Notes under the pieces: model-generated
What the model was told of the DNA's origin: nothing
Databases searched by the model: none
The model's input: the letters and a program-made list of their open reading frames with translations, nothing else
Shown here: piece after piece, positions 1-15,777 of the stretch
Layout of the letters: every line of letters begins with the position of its first letter
How positions within the stretch are numbered: the stretch's first letter is position 1
Translations under genes and position numbers: made by a program
Source: Dictyostelium discoideum
Taxonomy: Eukaryota
Assembly (NCBI GenBank): GCA_000004695.1
Contig: CM000151.3
Coordinates: forward strand, 5,152,001 to 5,216,000
Length of the DNA stretch: 64,000 bases
Reading direction: 5' to 3'

Positions 1-314
1 GTAGTGGTATAATTGACAAATAAATTTATTAAAAAAAAGATAAATATTATATTTATTGATTTATTGTTCATATTTGTGTTTCAAAGGGTATGAAATTGTG
101 AAAAAGATAATTTATTCACAAATATCCGAAACTTTTGAAATTATAAAAAAAATAAAAAAAATAAAAAAATAAAAAATAAAAAAAAAAAAAATAAAAAATA
201 TATTCTTTTTTTTATTGATATTTTTTTTTTTTTTTTGTTAAAAACACGAATACAATGACATGCAAATCTATTAAAGTAAAAAAATAAAAAAACTCATTTG
301 CACTTAAAAGATTT

Positions 315-345
<31 letters not shown>

Positions 346-431
346 GTTAATTTATAATAATTATTATTTTAATGATGAATTTTGTTTAAAAGAACTCAGT
401 CCAGTAATATAATAATAAAAATAATAAAAAT

Positions 432-474
<43 letters not shown>

Positions 475-511
475 GTTTTTATTTATATTTTCATACTATC
501 TTTTAAAAACA

Positions 512-835
512 TTATGGATGAATAAAATTGTTATCATTTGTATTGTTTGTAGTGGGTGTTGACTTCACTTCTTTTGGTTTCACTCCTTGTGGTTCTTTAT
601 CTTTGTAATCTTGGTCTGGATGATAAGTATGAAAATCTTCTCTTTGAATTTCTTCATGACCATTACTTGGGTGTACATACTTTTGGAAACTTGTAAAATA
701 TTGTTCATTTCCAACATTTGGATTTTTATGTAATTCTCTTAAACCAAGACCAGAACCACCACTTTCATTTTGATTTGTTTTTGGTGGTTTACTTTGTTGT
801 TGTAATTCTTCTTTTGTATTTATATTTAAAGGCAT
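512..835 (-). CDS. small hydrophilic protein, paralog A of a tandem pair (unknown function)
   Basis: 107-codon ORF with aaaATG start context and a clean stop. It shares a 26-aa motif GLGLRELHKNPNVGNEQYFTSFQKY with the ORF at 1248..1718. About 80 nt (c.685-775) are almost identical to c.1290-1370. Confidence 0.55.
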   Translation of the reverse strand: MPLNINTKEELQQQSKPPKTNQNESGGSGLGLRELHKNPNVGNEQYFTSFQKYVHPSNGHEEIQREDFHTYHPDQDYKDKEPQGVKPKEVKSTPTTNNTNDNNFIHP

Positions 836-1247
836 TTTATTTTATTTATTTTTTAACTAAATGAATTAATTTAATAGTTTTAAAAAAAAAAAAAAATTAA
901 AAATAAATATAAAAAAATAACATATTCTTAAATTAAAAATAAAAATAAATAAATAAAAAAAAAAATTAAAATAAAATAAAAATTTAATTACCCCCACAAA
1001 TTGAATCGGTACTTTTTTTAAAAAAAAATTTCCTTTTTTTTCGATGAAAAACTAATTAAAAGAAAAATAAAATAAAGGTAAAATTATAATTTAAAATAAT
1101 AATAAAATAATAATAAAATTATAATAAAATAAAATTAAAATACCAAATAAAAATAAAATAGATAATCAATTTAAAAGAAATATTAAAAAAAAAAAAATGA
1201 ATTAATTATTTTTTTTTTTTATTTTTAAAAGAAATAATAATTTTTAT

Positions 1248-1718
1248 TTATTTTGGAAGTGATTCATTATTATTTTGTTTTGGCAAATATTTTTGAAAAC
1301 TTGTAAAATATTGTTCATTTCCAACATTTGGATTTTTATGTAATTCTCTTAAACCAAGATTACCTTCACCACTGGCCGTGGTATTATCACCTTCAATTGG
1401 TTGATATTGTTGATTTGGTGTGTTGAATGGAGTTTTAGAGTCATTGCTATTAAAAGTTGTGGTTGTTTTTGATGTAGTTTTTCCAGTTGGATTTTCATTA
1501 TCAAATTGAGTATGTTTCTCTGTTTTCTCTGTTACTGAGCCAGTATTATCACCTTTGGTAACAGTAGATTCTTCATTCTTTTCCACTAATTGACCATTTT
1601 CATAAGAGAATACCTTGGAAGTACTAGATTCAAATGAAAAAACTTTTCCTTTTTCACTATCTAATTCTTGAGATAATTTTGGTTTAATTATATTTGTTTG
1701 TTCTTTTTGGTCATTCAT
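1248..1718 (-). CDS. small hydrophilic S/T/N-rich protein, paralog B of the tandem pair (unknown function)
   Basis: 156-codon ORF with aaaATG context. Its C-terminal-proximal motif GNLGLRELHKNPNVGNEQYFTSFQKY is the same as in 512..835, and a near-identical nucleotide block is shared. Confidence 0.55.
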   Translation of the reverse strand: MNDQKEQTNIIKPKLSQELDSEKGKVFSFESSTSKVFSYENGQLVEKNEESTVTKGDNTGSVTEKTEKHTQFDNENPTGKTTSKTTTTFNSNDSKTPFNTPNQQYQPIEGDNTTASGEGNLGLRELHKNPNVGNEQYFTSFQKYLPKQNNNESLPK

Positions 1719-1904
1719 TTTTATATTATTTTTTATATTATTTATTTATTTTTATTATTATTATGGTTTATAAAAGTCATGGAAAAAAAAAAAATTAAAA
1801 AATTAAAAAAAAAAAGATAGTAAATTTAAAAATTTAAAAATTAAAAATAAAATAAAAAAAAAAAAATTATGACTCTATTTATTAATCTTTTTTCTAAAAA
1901 TGGT

Positions 1905-1935
<31 letters not shown>

Positions 1936-2688
1936 AATTAAAAAAAAAAAAGTAAAAATTAAAAAAAAAAAGTAAAAAAAAAAAAAAAAAAATTAAAATT
2001 TTACAAATAAGGATTAGTAATTAAAGTTCATAAAAAAAAAAAAAAAAAATAAAATAAAATAAAAATTTTATTTAGGTAATTGATAAAATATTAAATATTT
2101 TTTTTATGACTATTTTTTTTTTTTTTTTTACTTTTTTTGTAAAAAAAAAAAAAAAAAAAAAAAACAAACCCGTTTTTGCAGATGATTTTTTTTGATTTAA
2201 ATGCTGAGAGAGGCAAAAATAAAAAAAAATAAAAAAAAAAAAAAAAAATAAAAAAAATAAAAAAAAATAAAAAAAAAAAAAAATATAAAAAAAAATAGAA
2301 AAAAAAAAATTGGCCCAACAAACACATTCGTGTGTAGGTTTTTTGTATTTGCATTTTAATATACTCTTATAATCCAATAAATTTTTGTGTAGTGTTGTTT
2401 TAATTTTATATTCATTTATATTTTATTTATTTATTTATTTATTTATTTTATTTATTTATTTTATTTATTTATTTTATTTATTTATTTTATTTATTTATTT
2501 ATTTATATAATTTTTTAAATAAATTTAGAAAATTTAACACACACTCACACAAAATAACAAATCATATCACATTAATAATAACAACAAAAATATACATAAT
2601 AAATATTATGTATATAAAAGAGAGTTTTATATAATAATAATAATAATAGTAATAATAATAATAGTAATAATAATCATAAACTAAATAA

Positions 2689-4675
2689 ATGAACGGATCA
2701 CCCTATTCATCATCATCATGGGTGAAATCTTCACTATCAACCAATTCATTAGGTTCATTATCAAACAGTTATGCAGCAGGTAGTGCAGGAGGTAGTGGTA
2801 ATAGAAGTACAGTTAGAGGTGATAGCAATAAAGATCAAAAGGTAATTTATCTATATATCTATTCATACATACACACCATATATTAATATATTCTTTCTTT
2901 TTTTTTTTTTTTTTTTTTTTATATAAAGTTGTTGGGATATTTACAAAAGCAATCTAAATCTCAATTACCAAATTCAAATGTTAAAATTTTTAAAAAGAAA
3001 TGGTTTTGGTTTGAATCTGATAGTGGAACATTATTCTATTCAGCCACATCAACAGGTGCATTATCAACACCATTAACACCATCATCATTATCAGAGAACA
3101 TAAAATCAATTAAAATTACATCACAAACTACAATTGAACAATCAATTTCATTTAGATTGGAATTAATAATTAAAGATAAAGTACGTATAAATAAATATAT
3201 ATAGATATAGGTGTTTTAAAATATTAACATTTCTATCTTTTTTTTATTTATAATCCAACCAAAATCAGAATAAAGTATATAATTTAAGAGCAAATGATGA
3301 ATTTACAGTTTTAAATTGGGTTAATACATTAAATCAATGGAAGAAATTAAATTGTAATTTAGATTTCACCAATGACACCACCACCACCACCAACAATAGC
3401 AATAATAGCAATAGCAATAATAATAATAAGCAATATAATTCAATAGAGAATCCAGATTATCTTGGGAAGTTTGGTGAAGTTGAAGGATTATTAAATGCAA
3501 TGTCAGTTTCAACATCACTTAATACGATGAAAACAGTTAAACCATTAATAAATAAAATTCAAAATGATTCTGAACAATTAAAATTGGTATTATCACAAGT
3601 TGAACAACAAATTGAATTCTTAAAATCATGTCAACTCGAATTAATTTCACATTTATCAAATGATAATAATAATAATAATAATAATAACAATAATAATAAT
3701 AATATACTACAAATATTACAACAACAACAACCTATATCATCAAAAAGAACAGTATCCAATGATAATCTTGTAGGATCAAATAATAGTAATAATCAATTAT
3801 CATTATCAATAGGATTACCTATTAATTTAAATACTTCCAATACCACTACTACAACAATAACCAATAATACAATTGAAGGTGAAAATGATGATGATGAAGA
3901 AGAAGATGAAATTAATCAAACAAGTGATATATTTTCATTATTACCAACTCATTTAACATTATATGTATTTTCATATTTAGAACCAAAAGAGTTATTGATA
4001 TTAGCACAAGTATCATCACAATGGCAAAAGTTAGCAGGTGATAATTTACTTTGGGTAAGATTTGTAACACATTTTATAACGCCAGCATCAATTTTTGATA
4101 AGAGTCATAATTGGAAATCGGTTTATTTAGCAAATACAGTAACATCATTAGGTTATTGCTCAAATTATTATTATTTAAAGAATCAACAAAAAGGTGGTAT
4201 TTGTACAAATAAAGAAAAGTATATGAATAGAGCGATCAGTATGTATGGTGTAACACCATTGACATCATTATCGTCATCGAAAGAGGGTTGGTTATATAAG
4301 AGGGGTGATGATTTACTTAGAATTTGGAAAAAGAGATATTTCGTATTGAGAGATAGTTCATTGTTTTATTTTAAACATCAAAATGATAATTTCCCATGTG
4401 GTGTTATCCTTTTGAATCATGGTACGAAATTAAAGAGAGCTTCAGCTTCAACCAGAAAGAATTGTTTCAAAATACTTCAATCTAAAAATTCAACAATTAC
4501 AATGGTACATAAAAAAAGAATGCCATATTATCTTTCAACTGATAAAGAAGATGATTGTAATGATTGGATGATATTATTAAATTCAATAATTAAATCAAAT
4601 ACTCAACATCAAAATAATTATGGTGTAATTACAATTTCTGGTACAAGTAATAATAATAATAATAATGTATATATA

Positions 4676-4731
<56 letters not shown>

Positions 4732-5539
4732 TAACAATAATAATAATGGTAGTCAAAGTTATAATTTACCACCATTATTAAGTAAATCACCATCATTTAG
4801 TAATGCATTAACAAGTAGTACAGGTATTAGTGGTGGTGGTGGTGGTAGTACTAAATCACGTAAATCACATAAGAAATCATTTTCATCGGGTGGGGGTGGT
4901 AGTGGTGGTAATAATAATTTTGAACAAATGCAACAACAAATACAATCTGTACATTTAACACCAATTTATCCAATGTTTGGTGTTGCATTATCAAAGATAT
5001 TAGAGAATCAATCATTAATAACAACTCAAACTCATTTAAAGATACCATTTATATTGTATATTTGTTTAAATTATATTATTTCAAAGGGTATAAAGGAAGA
5101 GGGTATATTTAGAGTATCAGGTAGTTTAAGAGAGGTTCAAGAATTACAAGAACATTTTGAACAAGGTAGAGAAATCGATTTGGATCAACATGATATTCAT
5201 GCAATTTGTGGTTTGGTTAAAACATTCTTTAGGAAATTACCTCATACATTGGTTGCTGCAGATTTAGATGAATATTCAACATCTGTACAATTGGCTGCAT
5301 CTCAAACTGAGGATGAAAAAATCCAAGAATTCAAATTCATTTTCGAAAGTATTTCAGAGAATTCATTCCATATCTTTGAACTATTATTATATTGTCTAAG
5401 ATTAATCGTTAGAAATGAATCTTTTAACAAAATGACCATTGAAAATTTATTAATTGTAATCATGCCCACTTTAAAATGTTCACCTGTATTAATAACAAAT
5501 GGAATTAAATATTATGATGAAATATTCATTAAAAAATAA
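2689..5539 (+). CDS. gacFF: Rho GTPase-activating protein with PH, F-box, PH and RhoGAP domains
   Basis: Three exons: 2689..2841, 2929..3180 and 3269..5539. The introns are GTAATT...AG and GTACGT...AG, both phase 0 and very AT-rich. Motifs read in order:
- PH domain: KKKWFWFESDSGTLFY...NLRANDEFTVLNWVNTLNQWKKL.
- F-box: LLPTHLTLYVFSYLEPKELLILAQVSSQWQKLAGDNLLWVRF.
- Second PH domain: EGWLYKRGDDLLRIWKKRYFVLRDSSLFYFKHQND.
- RhoGAP domain: IPFILYICLNYIISKGIKEEGIFRVSGSLREVQELQEHF...FFRKLPHTLV...NLLIVIMPTL.
The architecture and ~890-aa length match my memory of Dictyostelium gacFF. The symbol is from recollection and is not verified. Confidence 0.75.
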
Positions 5540-5593
5540 AATAAAATAAAATAGAAATAAAAATAAAAATAAAAATAAAAAAAAAAATAAATA

Positions 5594-5631
<38 letters not shown>

Positions 5632-8096
5632 ATATAATATATTTATTTTAAAAATTATTATTATTATTATTATTATCTTCGTCCCTTAAAAAAAAAGATG
5701 GTTCTTCTTTTATATAATTATTATTGTTAATGAACTTTGTTTCCTAATCGGGTAAAAAAAATAAAAATAAAAAAAAAAAAAAATTATTTTTAGATTTTTT
5801 TTTTTACAAATTGTGTGGTTTGTAAAATAAAAAAAAAATTTTATATGGAAAATAATTTTTTTCAATGTATACCCAATAGACATACTAATAACTATTTTCT
5901 AAATCAAAATTTAAAAAGTAAACCATTTTTATAATTTCTATTCAAATTATTAATATTAAATAAAAAAAAATAAAAAAAAAATAAATTTTTAATTATTTAA
6001 TTTTTAGAAAAAAAAAAAAAAAAAAAAACTATCATTATTGATTAAAAAAAAAAAAAAAACAATGTTATTTTAAATATTTTTTTTGTAGTTGTAATTGGAA
6101 ATAAATATAAATTTTTTAAAAATAAAAAAAAAAAAAAGAAATCTAAAAAAAAATTGTTTGTATTAAAAAAAAAAAAAAAATGTTGTATTAAATTACTTAA
6201 AAATTTCTTATCAATAAAAAAAAAAACAAAAAAAAAAAAAAAAAACATCTTTATTTTAATTATTATTTTCTATTACTATATTTATTTTCCATAATTTTTT
6301 TCAACTAAATATTTTATTTATATAAAAATTACAATTTTATAAAATATTAATTTAAATTTATTTTGGTGTGAAATTTTTATAATTTTTTAATTATAATTAT
6401 TTTATTCTTATAAAAATAAGAATGATATCATAGTTTTTTTTTTTTTTAAACTATATATATAATTTTTTTTAAAAACATTAAAATTTTGGAAAAAAATTTA
6501 TAATAAGAGATTTAATACTATTTATAATAGAGTCATCTCTAAAAAAAAAAATAATATAAAATAAAAAAAAAAAATAAAAAAAAAAAAAAACAAAAAAAAA
6601 AATATTCATATTCACACCAATTCTAGTAATAACCTATAGAAATAATAAAAATAATCAACAAAAAAATAATTATATTTTATATTATTATTATTATCATTAT
6701 TTTTATTATTATAATTTTATCAAAATAATTTTTTATATTTTAAAAAAAAAAAAAAAAAAAAAGCAATAGTTTCAATTTTCAAAAGAGATTACAGTGTGTG
6801 TTTATATTTTTAGAATCAAGGTTAAATTTATATTCAAAGGGTAAATATTATTATTATTATTTATTTTGTTCATTTATTTTTTTATTTTTACCTTATTTTG
6901 TTATTTATTTAAATAAAATAACAATTAGTAATTAATTTATTTAGTTTGTTGTGGTAGAGTCTATCTATTTATAATAATTGTTATCCATCAATTTTATTTT
7001 TTGTGTTTTTGATTTATTTTTATATCACTCTCTCTCTCGCTCACCACCCTCCACTTCAACTCAATTTGGAAAATCTCCAAATACTCAGATCATTACCAAA
7101 ATTGTGGAGATTTTTCATTGACCAATTTTATACTTTTTTTTTTTTTTTTTTTGTGCATTTTTTTTTTTTTTCCCACCCAAACAAAAAACAAAAATAAAAA
7201 CAAAAATTAAAAATAAAAATAAAATTAAAAATAAAAATTAAAAATATAAAAATAAAAATAATAATAATGAAAATAATAATATTAAAAATAAATATATAAA
7301 CACAATGATAGTGGGTGCAAATTTTTTTTTTTTTTTTTATTATAATTTTTGCAAAATAGTTTTTTTTTTTGTTTTGGTGTGTGTGTGGTGGTATGTGTAT
7401 AAGGGGGTGTGGGTGGATATTGTTTTTTTGAATGGAACAATGTTTATTGTTTTTTATATCAGTTGTGGTATTGACAATATTTTTATTGGCAATATATGTA
7501 CACTTTATAATAATAGAATTATTTATATGTAAAAAAAAAAATAATAACCACATACGCAAGCAAACCTTCTCCTCACAAAAATGAATATGATAATAATCAA
7601 GTTTTAATCTGTGTTTATTTTAATTATCACAGTTTATTATATTCTACATCTTAATATAATTCGAAACCATTATCTTAATATCAATAATATTAATAATAAT
7701 AATAATAATTCCACATACCACAAAATAATAAATCACTCGAAAATTTTTTGTTTTATTATTGGTTTTTTTTTTTTAATAATAATTTTAATTTTAATTTACT
7801 TTTTTTATTATTTTTTTAAATATTTATTTAATAAAAAAATAAAAAAAATAAAAAAATAAATAAATAATTAAAAATAAAAAATTAATATTAATAATAAAAA
7901 AAAAATAAAAAAATAAAAAATAAAAAAAAAAAATAAATAAAAGAAAATTAGAATAAATATTTTTTTTTTTTTTTTTTTAGAAAATAAAAAATAAAAAATA
8001 TTTTAATAATATAAATAAAACTTCTTTTTTTAGATTACAAAATAATAATATTAATAATAATATCATATATAATAAATATAAATTAATTTTTATATG

Positions 8097-8141
<45 letters not shown>

Positions 8142-9131
8142 TAATAATAATAATAATCAAATTTATAATTTCATTTGTTTTTTGAAATTTATACCCATAT
8201 TTTTAAAAAATTGTAGGAAAATTAAAAAATTACCCAAATAAATCATTTTTTTTTTTTTTTATATTTATTATTTTTGTTGAATTTAATAATTGTGTGCCCA
8301 TTATTATTATTATTCTTTGTGTTCAATTTTTAGAAAAATATAATTCATTGGTTATTATTGATAAATACAGTTGTTTTAAAACACCATTCCAAAAATTATT
8401 ATATTTGAAAAAATAAATAAATCACTTAATCTATACAAAAAAATAATTTCACACAAATAGTTAAAAAAAAAAAAACACAAACACACTTTCTTTGTATCTT
8501 CAATTTCAAAATAACCCACATTTTTTTACCCATCTTCAAATAAAAAAAATTATTTTTATAACAATTTTCTATTCTCACCACCTACCCCAAACAAAAATTA
8601 AATCACCATTGATTTTTTTTATTTAAATTTATTATATGTTTTTTTTTTTTTTTAAAAAATATACATGTATTTTATAGTTGGTGGTTGATATTATAATTTT
8701 ACACATCTATTTAATTTTTTCATTTAAAAAAAAAGAATTTTTTATTTTATTTTTGTCTTTTATTAAATAATTAATAAATACCTATGCACACCATATATTT
8801 GTATATATTATCTTTATTTAAAAAATAAAATCAAAAAAAAAAAAAAAATAATAAAAAAAAACAATTATTAACCATAATTTTAATTTTTTTCCAAGATAGA
8901 TTAATTTTTTTTTTTTTAAAAGATTAAAAAAAAAAAATTATTATTAAAAAAAAAATAAGAATCAATTAATTATTAAAAAAAAAAAAAAAAAAAAAATTAT
9001 TATTTTTTTTTTTTATAATTCCAACAACAATAATTACTCAAAGAATTAAATAATAATTACTTCATGATAGTTTAAGAATTTTTTTAATTTTATAACAAAT
9101 CCTCAAAATTTCAATATATATATAATATGAA

Positions 9132-10094
9132 ATGCGTGTTCTTGTTATATTTATACCAAAATCATTCCCTAATAAATGTTTACACTTCAAAAAACTTGGG
9201 TAAGTATTTTTACTAAAAATAGTTGATTATCAAAAGTTAGTAAACAATTTTCTAATAAATTTTTTAATTTTTTAATTTTTTAAAAAAAATATTTCAGATT
9301 ATGGATAATTTTCCAAGCTTCAATAAAAGAAAAATCAAATCACCAAAAGTAAGTATTTAAAATTTTTAATTTATTATTTTTTAATTTTTTTTTTTTTTTT
9401 TTATTGACAATTTTTTATTTTTTTTTTTATTTTTTATTTTTTTATTTATTAGGGAAATCCTTACTGAACAACAACAACAACAAATAATAAATAACCATAT
9501 AAATAATTCAATTTCAAGTGAAAATCTTGTAATTCCATTAAATAATTATGAAGAAAGTCCAACCCAATCCAATATATCATCATGTTATTCATCACAATCT
9601 AATTTATCAAGCTATAGTAGCACTGGAAGTTTAAGTAGTTATTATGGTTCAAACTATTATCATGGTGCAAGTTCAAGTAGTATTAGTAGTATCAATAGTA
9701 ATATTGCAAATTCAAATTCAAGTAGTACTGGTAGAGATTCAACACCAACACCAACACCAACACCAATTCAAACTCCTTCATCAACTCCATCTAAAAAGAA
9801 AAGATCATGGAGAATTAGAACACCATCACCAAAGCCAAAATTGGAATCAAACAACAATCATCATCATAATCATCATAATTATTACAATAATTTCTCTGAA
9901 ATTTCAATTGAACTACCACCAACCCCAACATATCCACAAAAACCATCATTCTTATCAAATTCAAATCAAATTCCAAGACCAAAATCAAGACATTCTCATA
10001 CAAATTCTGCTGATAGTTATACTTCATCATATTCATCAACTTATCCATCTTCAACAAGATCTTCTCAAAAACAACCACCATATTATCAACAACC

Positions 10095-10128
<34 letters not shown>

Positions 10129-10152
10129 ATTAATAATTTCAATTTTAATGGA

Positions 10153-10242
<90 letters not shown>

Positions 10243-10962
10243 TCCAATAATATGAAAATTTCAACATCACCAAATAAACTATCAAATTCAAATCATTCAA
10301 CAAATTCAAACTTTTCACAATGTTCATCAAGTCATAGTTTATTAGATACCAATATTGGTGGTATCAATGTAAATACTCAAAATTTGGTTTCATTTACAAA
10401 TGAAACTTCAAACTCTGGTTCAACTATTATAAAGCCTGTTGCACTTAAATCTAGTAGCAGAAGCGTATTTAATAGTAGTAATAATCAACAATATCTTTTC
10501 TCTTCTTCGACTTTATCTTCATCTTCTTCGACTAAAACTAATAATAATTCAACAACAACCACCACTACCACCACCGCCAAAACATCATCAACTTCAACAA
10601 ATGATTACTCATCTATTAAAGGTAAAAGTTTAATAGATGATGATGCATCCTGCTCGATTTCTTCATTTAATGCAATTGAACAACAAGTTCTAATTCCAAC
10701 GGTCCTATCATCATCCTCTTCATCTCATGTTATGAAAAGAAGTAATGGTAGTTCAAATGGTGGTAACTCCACCATACAATCACCATCTTGTAATCAAATA
10801 TCGATCAATAAGAATAACTTGGTAGATATCGATGATGAGGATGAGGATGATGAGGACGATATCAATGGCCATTGGGAAAAAATTACAATACCATCTAATA
10901 TGTGTAGAGATCAAATCTCAATTAAAAATAATTTTGATGAATCGACAAAAGTAATTTGCTAA
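9132..10962 (+). CDS. low-complexity Ser/Asn/Thr-rich protein (unknown function)
   Basis: Proposed exons: 9132..9199, 9298..9348 and 9453..10962. The donors are GTAAGT at 9200 and 9349, the acceptors are ...TTTCAG and ...TTATTAG, and the phases are consistent (2+1, 2+1). Exon 3 is a long ORF with poly-N (AAT)n, S/T tracts and an acidic DIDDEDEDDEDD tail. The 5' exon assignment is the uncertain part. The ORF-track entry 9644..10255 is a wrong-frame artefact. Confidence 0.45.
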
Positions 10963-11251
10963 TATACTTTATTTTAAAAAATATAAAAAGAAAAAAAAAA
11001 AAATAAAAATTTTAAAAAAAAATATATTTATTTTAAAAAACAATTATATAAACACATATGTGTTTAAAAAATTAATTAATTTTTTTTATTTTACAAATAA
11101 TTAAATTTATTTATATTTTTATTTATATTTTTTTGGTGTGTTAATATTTTATTTTATTTTATTTTTTTATTTTTTTATTTTTTGTACATTCAATTCTTTT
11201 TTTTATTTTATAAGTTCAAACAGAGTTTATCTCTTATTATAAAAAAAAAAA

Positions 11252-12865
11252 ATGAACATTTCAAATGATAAAAATATTTCAAAATTAAATATTAAAAATA
11301 ATAATGGATTTGGTAAAAGTTCTAATATTTTTGATATGGTTGCAGGAACTCCAAATAATATTTTTGATCCATATGATATTTGTTATGGAGAAAAAAGAAG
11401 TAATCAAGATATAAATGATTCAATGATATCATTAATGTAAGTTTTATTTATATATTTATTTTTTTTTTTTTTTTTAAATCTAATTTTTTAATATTTTTTA
11501 TTTTTTTTCAAAAAAAAAAAGAAATAATATTTCAAATTTATATCCATTAATAATTGGATTTTTTACAGTTTTCTTTGAAAAACCAATAAACTCAACAATT
11601 GATTCTGAAAAATTAAAAATAATAATTGAAAAAATGTTAAAATCTGACAATTCAACACAAGAGAAATCATTAAAAACAACAAATCAATGGATAAATTCAT
11701 GTGTAGAATTAATGATGAAAATTTATGAAAATTCAAATGATTTAAAAAAACTATTATTTGAAAAAAAAGATAAACTTTTAAATTCAAATTATAAAAAACA
11801 TGAATTTGGAGAAACAAGACATATTCTAGAAACAAATATAGAGAAATTAGAAAAATCAATTCAAGATCTTTTAATACTTTTATCAAATTCTTTAGAAAAT
11901 ATTCATGAAAATATTAATATTTATTTTGAATCAATTTTAATTTATATTGCTTTTATTCATAATGTTGATGTAATTATTAAAAATAATTGAAAAAAATTAA
12001 GAATAAATATTAAATAAATAAATACTAACATATACACATGTAATTTTTTAAAATTTAGTTGTTATGGGAAGTTTATGATATTGAACCAATTTTAATAACT
12101 GGTGCTAAAAAATCTGATAGATTAAGTGATGAAAATGTTTCATCGTTTAGAGAAAGATTACATGTTTTCATTTCATCATTTTTAAAAGATGTTGGTAGAA
12201 CATCAGAGAAAACAATGTTAAATCCATGTTGGAATGATATGTATAAAGTTTTATGTGAAGATTTAATTTTATATCCACAGAAATTAATAATATTCAATGA
12301 ATTAATTACTAATACTGATAGAACCACCGGTTTAAAACAATTCAATTTACCAGAAATTAATAATCAAAATTATATTTTCAGATTTGATGCAAAATATGTT
12401 GGTACTGATAATGAAAATAATAAATTAAAAGAATATATTACAAATTGTTATGGTATGTCATTCTATGGTAGTGGTATTGGTAGTGGTGGTGGTGGTGGTG
12501 ATAGTGGTAGTAGTAAATTATCATTCATATTAGAATCAAAAACCAAGAAATTCATATCCATTAGATTATATGGTATGAAAAATGAAAACATTGAAAATAT
12601 AAATATTAATATTTTCAATTGTGATGATAATAAACCACAACAATTGTTGGTTGATCAAGATACTATCAAACCTTTAACATTACAATTATCAAATTATTTA
12701 CCTTCAAATAATAATTTAAACTCAAATTTCGTTGGTTTCACAAATACAAAAAAAATTAAATTAAACAATGTTAAAAATTTAATTGAATTTAATTTTAATG
12801 GAAATGAAAATAAAAAATATTTCTTATACTTTATTGAAATTTTAGTAAGTTATCAAAAACAATAA
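11252..12865 (+). CDS. hypothetical protein (no recognisable domain)
   Basis: Phase-consistent model: exons 11252..11312 (donor GTAAAA, carry 1), 11569..11969 (acceptor TTTTACAG; donor GTAATT after ...HNVD) and 12059..12865 (acceptor AAATTTAG). The ORF-track ORFs 11252..11440 and 11634..11990 read through donors into intron. The product contains a Gly-rich segment GSGIGSGGGGGDSGS. Confidence 0.45.
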
Positions 12866-13036
12866 AAATAAAAATAAATTAAAAATAAATTTTATATAAA
12901 TTTTTTTAAAAAACATTGGTATACCGATATATATATAATAACTTTTATTTTATTTTTTTTACTCTTTTTAAAAGAAAAAAAAATAATAATATCAAGTTTT
13001 TTCTTGTTTTTTTTTATTTTTTTATTTTTTTTTTTC

Positions 13037-14886
<1,850 letters not shown>

Positions 14887-14942
14887 TGTTTGGTTGGAAA
14901 TGAAACTTGTCAATTGAAATTTTTTCAAAGTTTTTTTGAAAA

Positions 14943-14999
<57 letters not shown>

Positions 15000-15309
15000 C
15001 CAAAATTGATCCAAACAAAAATGGAAAAAAAAAAAAAAAAATTATTTTAATAGTAAAAGATGGTTTTTTATTTTATTTGTTTATTTTTATTTATTTTTAT
15101 TTATTATAATGTCAAATTTGAATTTATTTTTTTGGAAAAATAAAAATTTAATAAAAACATAATATATTATTTAATTAATTGTTTTTTTAAGGGAATTTTG
15201 AGTTTGACAGATTAAGTGTATTAAAATAAGTTTTAACTTTATTTTTTTATTTTGTTTTTTTACATTTTTATTTTATTTTATTTTTATTTTATTTAATTTT
15301 ATTTTATTT

Positions 15310-15359
<50 letters not shown>

Positions 15360-15777
15360 CAAAAAAACGACCACCTTTTGAATATTTTTTTTTAAGCTTT
15401 TCCTTTTTTTTTTTTTTTTTTTTTTTTTTTTCCCAAACACATCCTTCTGTTTCACTGACACATCCCCCACATCCACAAAAATTTATTCCAACAAAGAGAT
15501 AGAAAACAATAGTACCAAAATTACTTTTTTTTTAAAATAAAAACAACAGAATACAACAAATTTAAATAAACTATTAAAAATAATTTTTATAGATAATACA
15601 AATATAAACAGTTAATTGTTATATTAAAAAAATAAAAAAAAAATTTATAAAAAAAAACTCTGAAAATAAAATAAAAAAATAAAATAAAATAAAATAAAAT
15701 AAAATAAAATAAAATAAAATAAAATAAAATAAAATAAAATAAAATAAATCAAAATAAATTCATTGTAATTTTAAAAT

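Noticed and set aside
2072-2377. ORFs 2072..2377 and 2091..2354 (-), 6042..6248, 7003..7559, 7611..7859
   Set aside because: Pure poly-F/poly-K translations of A/T homopolymer intergenic DNA. There is no start context and no complexity.
9644-10330. ORFs 9644..10255 (+), 9815..10096 (-), 10145..10330 (-), 10439..10633 (+)
   Set aside because: Wrong-frame or antisense readings through the poly-N tract of the gene at 9132..10962 (poly-I and poly-Y).
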